8,601 bases of DNA from Candidatus Altimarinota bacterium (GTDB lineage Bacteria > Patescibacteriota > Gracilibacteria > UBA1369): assembly GCA_041659405.1 (NCBI GenBank), contig JBAZYK010000018.1, positions 1 to 8,601 on the forward strand, read 5' to 3'. A model generated the notes under the pieces. That model did no database searches. It saw only the letters and a list, made by a program, of their open reading frames with translations, and was not told where the DNA came from. This document shows positions 5,378-8,601 of this stretch, one piece after another; positions within the stretch are counted from its first letter, which is position 1, and every line of letters starts with the position of its first letter. Made by a program: the position numbers and the translations under genes.

Positions 5378-6643
5378 ATGAATAAAAAAACCTTCTTAAA
5401 AGACATTCTTACAGTACTCGTCATCTTCTTGGCGCTAAATTACGTTCTTAGCTTCTTTAGTAAAGGAGACCAGACCCCAACTGTAAAAACCGGAGAAATC
5501 GCCATAGAAATGAAAAATCAGTTTGATCTTGGCAGTATTGTAGAGGCCAATATCACCAATAATACCGACAAAACCGCCATCATCAAAAATGAATGTCCGC
5601 AGGAACCTTTAAATGTTTTGGAATATACCAACAATCAATGGACTCCAAAAATTATAATCGCAGATATAAAATGTGATGGCAGCAGCGACACAGAAATCGC
5701 CCCAGGCGGGAAAGCAACAATCGCCTACTCTTCCTGGAATCATTCCTTATTTAGAGAATTTGGCCGATACAAAATCAGTGCCACTGTAACTTTAAAAGAC
5801 GCCAACAATCAAACTGAACAAAAAACCGTTGAATCTCCTGAATTTCAAATTCAACCGGAAGGCTGGTTTAGCATTTTTTGGACTAAAATCTTCTATCAAC
5901 CGGTTTATAACGTGCTCTTTTTAATCATCAAAGCAATGCCGGGGAATGACCTTGGTTTAGCCATTCTTCTGCTGACAATCATTATAAGAACAATTCTGTT
6001 AATCCCTTCCCAAAAAGCTCTTAAATCTCAACGCAAGCTTCAGGAAGTTCAACCAAAACTCAAACATATTCGTGAAAAGCACAAAGATGACCAGGAAGCC
6101 ATTGCGCGTGAAACTATGGCCATCTGGAAAGAACATAAAGTTAACCCTTTTGGCAGCTGTTTGCCACTGGTTATTCAAATTCCGGTCTTGATTGCGCTTT
6201 TTTATGTGGTTCGTGACGGCTTAAACCCGGATAATGCCTATCTTCTGTACAATGGCCTGCAAAACTTCTCATTCAATTCAATCCAGGTAAATTTTTTGAA
6301 TATTCTTGATCTTACCAAAGTAAACTATTACGTTTTACCATTAATAGTTGGGGTACTACAGTTTTTGCAGATGAAATTGGCGATTGTTAAAACCGCCACT
6401 CCAAAAGTAAAAAACAAAGAAGTTCAAAAAGAAATCAAGAAAGAAAAGAATGAAATGGACATGGTTAATGGAAGCATGACTTACATAATGCCGATTATGA
6501 TCGCCGTATTTACAGCCGGAGTTCCAGCCGGTGTTGGCTTATATTGGGGCACATCCACCCTTTATGGAATTATCCAACAATTAGTTATAAACAACCAGAG
6601 CAAAAAAGAAAAAGCCAGCGTGAAAGTTATCGAAAAAAATTAA
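5378..6643 (+). CDS. yidC: membrane protein insertase YidC/Oxa1 family
   Basis: 421 aa with an N-terminal TM anchor and a ~130-aa extracytoplasmic domain. The conserved core follows: GLAILLLTIIIRTILLIPSQKALKSQRKLQEVQPKLKHIREKHKDDQEAIARETMAIWKEHKVNPFGSCLPLVIQIPVLIALFYVV ... GVGLYWGTSTLYGIIQQ. It has a K-rich loop and a basic C-terminal tail. Synteny with rnpA and jag. Confidence 0.9.
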   Translation: MNKKTFLKDILTVLVIFLALNYVLSFFSKGDQTPTVKTGEIAIEMKNQFDLGSIVEANITNNTDKTAIIKNECPQEPLNVLEYTNNQWTPKIIIADIKCDGSSDTEIAPGGKATIAYSSWNHSLFREFGRYKISATVTLKDANNQTEQKTVESPEFQIQPEGWFSIFWTKIFYQPVYNVLFLIIKAMPGNDLGLAILLLTIIIRTILLIPSQKALKSQRKLQEVQPKLKHIREKHKDDQEAIARETMAIWKEHKVNPFGSCLPLVIQIPVLIALFYVVRDGLNPDNAYLLYNGLQNFSFNSIQVNFLNILDLTKVNYYVLPLIVGVLQFLQMKLAIVKTATPKVKNKEVQKEIKKEKNEMDMVNGSMTYIMPIMIAVFTAGVPAGVGLYWGTSTLYGIIQQLVINNQSKKEKASVKVIEKN

Positions 6644-6660
6644 AAAGTATAAATTAGAAT

Positions 6661-6740
6661 GTGTTCAGTTCGGAAATGTTGGCTGAGCACAGCCGGGGTA
6701 GGGGCCCTGTGTGCGAAGACAATATTTCCGAACTGAACAT
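6661..6740 (+). repeat. long-hairpin element, copy 2 (21-22-bp outer stem), intercistronic between yidC and jag
   Basis: 6661-6681 (GTGTTCAGTTCGGAAATGTTG) pairs with 6720-6740 (CAATATTTCCGAACTGAACAT). That is 19 Watson-Crick pairs plus two G-U (G6661-T6740, G6678-T6723), and T6660-A6741 can extend the stem. The inner helix is GCACAG (6687-6692) / CTGTGT (6707-6712). It shares GTGTTCAGTT, AATGTTGGCTGA, CACA, CCCTGTGT, AGACAATATT and AACTGAACA with copy 1. Confidence 0.7.
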
Positions 6741-6743
6741 AAC

Positions 6744-6761
6744 TTATAACTTATAAATTTC
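6744..6761 (+). promoter_or_regulatory. tandem TTATAA(C/A) motif abutting the jag start codon; possible promoter giving a leaderless or very short-leader mRNA
   Basis: TTATAACTTATAAATTTC lies immediately before ATG 6762. It is nearly identical to TTATAATTTATAATTTC at 1201-1217, upstream of the deaminase GTG. Confidence 0.3.
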
Positions 6762-7223
6762 ATGGAATCACTAATTCAAGAAACACTTCAGGAACTTTTG
6801 GAAAAACTATCTACACCTTTCCGCAAAATTCGCATTGAGAAACGTGATGAAAATACTTATCGCGTCAATATAGAAAGCGAAGAACCAAGCCTTTTAATTG
6901 GCCATCATGGTGAAAACATCGGGGCGCTCCAAAGCATTCTAAAAAGCCTAATCTGGAGCAAACAGGACGGCGAATTTAACATTATTCTTGATATTGATGA
7001 TTACCGCAAACGCCAGGAGGAAAACGTGATTAAACTCGCAGAAAGAAAAGTGGACATGGTCAGAAAAACCAATCAACCACAACCACTTCCGGCAATGTCG
7101 CCTTATTTCCGCAGAGTTGTTCATCTTCATCTTGCCGCAAAATTCCCGGACATTGTTTCCGAAAGCGCCGGTGAAGGCGATTTCCGCCACATCACAATAA
7201 AAACGGCTGCGCCACAAAGTTAA
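6762..7223 (+). CDS. jag: Jag/SpoIIIJ-associated RNA-binding protein (KH + R3H domains), short form lacking the Jag_N domain
   Basis: 153 aa. KH-like segment LLIGHHGENIGALQSILKSL. R3H-like segment RRVVHLHLAAKFPDIVSESAGEGDFRHITIK. Conserved position downstream of yidC. Confidence 0.8.
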   Translation: MESLIQETLQELLEKLSTPFRKIRIEKRDENTYRVNIESEEPSLLIGHHGENIGALQSILKSLIWSKQDGEFNIILDIDDYRKRQEENVIKLAERKVDMVRKTNQPQPLPAMSPYFRRVVHLHLAAKFPDIVSESAGEGDFRHITIKTAAPQS

Positions 7224-7253
7224 TTGCGTTTTCTAAAGTTTAAAAGCCCATCT

Positions 7254-8339
7254 ATGAAAAAGCTCAACTTGGTGCGCAAAACACTAACTTCAATCGCATT
7301 TGGCACAAGCCTGATGCTGGCTTTTGTTTTTGCTGCTCAAGCCCAAACTCCCACAGATACTCAACAAACTCAGCAAACGCAGGCTTTAACTGAACAGACT
7401 CAACAAACTCAGGTTTCAACCCAGGAAACTCAAGTCACAACTCAACAAACTCAAGCTGCAACACAGCAAACTCAACAAACCACCCAACAGACGCAGGATA
7501 CCACACCCATGTTTAGCGATATTCCGATCGGAAGCACGCACTATTATGCAATTAAATACCTAAAAGATCACAACATCATTCACGGTTATGATGATGGAAC
7601 GTTTCGCTCCAACAAAGAAATCAACCGTGCCGAGGCCCTAAAAATAATTTTAGGCGCAATATCCAAAGATCCACAAAAAAAAGATGTCCCCACTTTTGAA
7701 GATGTTAAAGAAACCGCCTGGTTTTATCCTTTTGTTTTACAGGGTTATCAAAATGAAATTATTAAAGGTTATCCTGATGAACTCTTTCATCCTGAACAAA
7801 CCATTACGCGCGTAGAAGCACTTAAAATGGCCTTGTTGCAAGAAAACAAGACAATTTCTACAGATGTAACCGTCCGCCCATACAGCGACGTGCCAATTGA
7901 TGTTTGGTACACGCCTTATGCCAAAGTTTCCAAGGACCGCGGCTTATTTGTGGAAACCAGAACCAATGGCGGCCAACTTTTACCTGCAACAACGGTAAAT
8001 CGCGGAGAATTCGCCGAAATGATGTATCACCTGATTGAAAGCAATAATGGCTCAATCTTCAACCGCGCCAGTTACTATTCTGACTTTTTTGCCGGACGGA
8101 ATACTTCAAGCGGAGTTCCTTATAATCCGAACATTTTCACTGCCGCACATAAAACTCTACCATTTGGCACGATTTTAATCGTAAAAAATTTAGCCAATGG
8201 CCAAGAAGTGGAAGTAAAGGTAAATGACCGCGGACCTTTTGCCACAGGCATAAGTTTGGACCTTTCCAAATCCGCGTTTGCCAGCATTGCCGCAACCAGC
8301 GCCGGCATAATCAACATAGAATATAAAATCAAACAGTAA
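7254..8339 (+). CDS. secreted cell-wall-associated protein: signal peptide, T/Q-rich linker, three SLH domains, C-terminal RlpA-like double-psi beta-barrel (lytic transglycosylase-type) domain
   Basis: ATG 7254 is preferred over the track's TTG 7224 because it yields a canonical signal peptide, MKKLNLVRKTLTSIAFGTSLMLAFVFAAQA|QTP. SLH-like units: FSDIPIGSTHYYAIKYLKDHNIIHGYDDGTFRSNKEINRAEALKII, FEDVKETAWFYPFVLQGYQNEIIKGYPDELFHPEQTITRVEALKMAL, YSDVPIDVWYTPYAKVS...TVNRGEFAEMMYHLI. The C-terminus ASYYSDFFAGRNTSSGVPYNPNIFTAAHKTLPFGTILIVKNLANGQEVEVKVNDRGPFATGISLDLSKSAF matches the RlpA DPBB pattern (ASWYG..F.G..TA.GE.Y....TAAH.TLP.G....V.N..NG....V.VNDRGPF...R..DLS..A). Confidence 0.8.
   Translation: MKKLNLVRKTLTSIAFGTSLMLAFVFAAQAQTPTDTQQTQQTQALTEQTQQTQVSTQETQVTTQQTQAATQQTQQTTQQTQDTTPMFSDIPIGSTHYYAIKYLKDHNIIHGYDDGTFRSNKEINRAEALKIILGAISKDPQKKDVPTFEDVKETAWFYPFVLQGYQNEIIKGYPDELFHPEQTITRVEALKMALLQENKTISTDVTVRPYSDVPIDVWYTPYAKVSKDRGLFVETRTNGGQLLPATTVNRGEFAEMMYHLIESNNGSIFNRASYYSDFFAGRNTSSGVPYNPNIFTAAHKTLPFGTILIVKNLANGQEVEVKVNDRGPFATGISLDLSKSAFASIAATSAGIINIEYKIKQ
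7344..7508 (+). repeat. in-frame imperfect tandem repeats encoding a Thr/Gln-rich low-complexity linker
   Basis: ACTCAACAAAC recurs at 7359, 7398, 7440 and 7470, with spacings of 39, 42 and 30 nt, all multiples of 3. The peptide reads QTPTDTQQTQQTQALTEQTQQTQVSTQETQVTTQQTQAATQQTQQTTQQTQDTTP. Confidence 0.8.
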
Positions 8340-8350
8340 TCATAAAATAA

Positions 8351-8601
8351 ATGTCACTAGAGGAACTAATCAGAAGAAAACACGGCAAAGTAATCGCCAA
8401 AAAAATCCCTTTCTCGCAAGAGGTTAAAAGAAGCATTTACCTGCTGATTATTACATTATTGGCGTTAATTGTTTTGCTTGGGATCGTTTTTTTAATGAAC
8501 ACAAGCCAATCCACCCAAAAAGGCTATGTTGTTCAAAAAGAACAGTTCGATAAAGATAAATTCCTGCTCAGAAACCGCGAGCTGATCAACAAAATCATCG
8601 A
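8351..8601 (+). CDS. single-pass membrane protein, 3'-truncated by the window edge (possibly FtsL/DivIC-like, unverified)
   Basis: ATG at 8351 is open to the window end: MSLEELIRRKHGKVIAKKIPFSQEVKRSIYLLIITLLALIVLLGIVFLMNTSQSTQKGYVVQKEQFDKDKFLLRNRELINKII. The layout is a basic N-terminus, one TM helix and a charged, helix-prone ectodomain. It starts 11 nt after the preceding gene. Confidence 0.5.
   Translation, partial: MSLEELIRRKHGKVIAKKIPFSQEVKRSIYLLIITLLALIVLLGIVFLMNTSQSTQKGYVVQKEQFDKDKFLLRNRELINKII

Noticed and set aside
5809-5820. A 12-nt exact match (TCAAACTGAACA) to the 3' arm of hairpin copy 1 inside yidC, with the complementary TCAGTTTGA at 5518-5526.
   Set aside because: It lies in coding sequence (NQTEQ). 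The two pieces are ~290 nt apart, and none of the conserved interior of the element lies between them. Most likely chance or a decayed fragment. It only merits revisiting if a genome-wide model search scores it.
4763-6740. Could the two repeat copies be a CRISPR array, integron attC sites, intrinsic terminators or tRNA-like RNase P substrates?
   Set aside because: CRISPR: there are only two copies, 1.8 kb apart, with three genes between them. attC: the terminal sequences do not fit RYYYAAC/GTTRRRY core sites. Terminator: no U-tract follows either stem. tRNA-like: copy 1 is followed by ACCCA, but copy 2 has no CCA-like tail.
7224-7253. TTG start at 7224 proposed by the ORF track for the SLH/RlpA protein, immediately after the jag stop.
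   Set aside because: The ATG at 7254 yields a textbook signal peptide (basic n-region, hydrophobic core, AQA cleavage site). The extra MRFLKFKSPS extension adds nothing recognisable. I cannot fully exclude the upstream start.
548-8332. Antisense or overlapping track ORFs nested in larger genes: 548..766-, 913..1101-, 2005..2274+, 2234..2461+, 2588..2809+, 2673..3014+, 3437..3703+, 3976..4215-, 4490..4747-, 6948..7217-, 7858..8055-, 8120..8332-.
   Set aside because: Each lies wholly or largely inside a longer ORF on the opposite strand or another frame that has clear family motifs. Their translations are low-complexity or compositionally odd with no recognisable motifs. They are typical shadow ORFs of an AT-rich genome.
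1-8601. Alternative genetic code (UGA recoding, as in some candidate phyla).
   Set aside because: All recognised genes are full-length under the standard code. TGA serves as the stop of the amidotransferase (4399-4401) at the position expected from homolog length, and no in-frame TGA interrupts any conserved domain.

Overview
AT-rich, tightly packed bacterial chromosomal segment with standard stop-codon usage (10 TAA, 1 TGA). The gene content and compact layout suggest a small-genome Patescibacteria/CPR-type organism, but that is inference only. Gene order: (1) a nucleotide-salvage block of a 5'-truncated AMP/thymidine phosphorylase C-terminus, an eIF-2B-family ribose-1,5-bisphosphate isomerase-like gene and a CDA-fold (dCMP-type) deaminase. 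(2) A convergent 665-aa membrane protein with a degenerate PP2C-like cytoplasmic domain, one TM helix and an extracytoplasmic beta-propeller-like repeat domain. (3) A TrpG/PabA-type glutamine amidotransferase translationally coupled (ATGA overlap) to an 82-aa double glycine-zipper membrane peptide. (4) A sigma70-like promoter and long leader, then rpmH (50 aa, absent from the ORF track), rnpA, yidC and jag. (5) A secreted protein with a T/Q-repeat linker, three SLH domains and an RlpA-like DPBB domain. (6) A 3'-truncated single-pass membrane protein. The least ordinary signal is non-coding. Two copies of an ~81-nt long-hairpin element lie upstream of rpmH and between yidC and jag. Their stems carry compensatory differences, every non-Watson-Crick pair is G-U only on the + strand, the internal loop is conserved, and the same 11-mer follows both copies. 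I found no recognisable defence system, CRISPR array, transposase or tRNA/rRNA gene. The rest of the window looks like core housekeeping content with a few atypical domain features.
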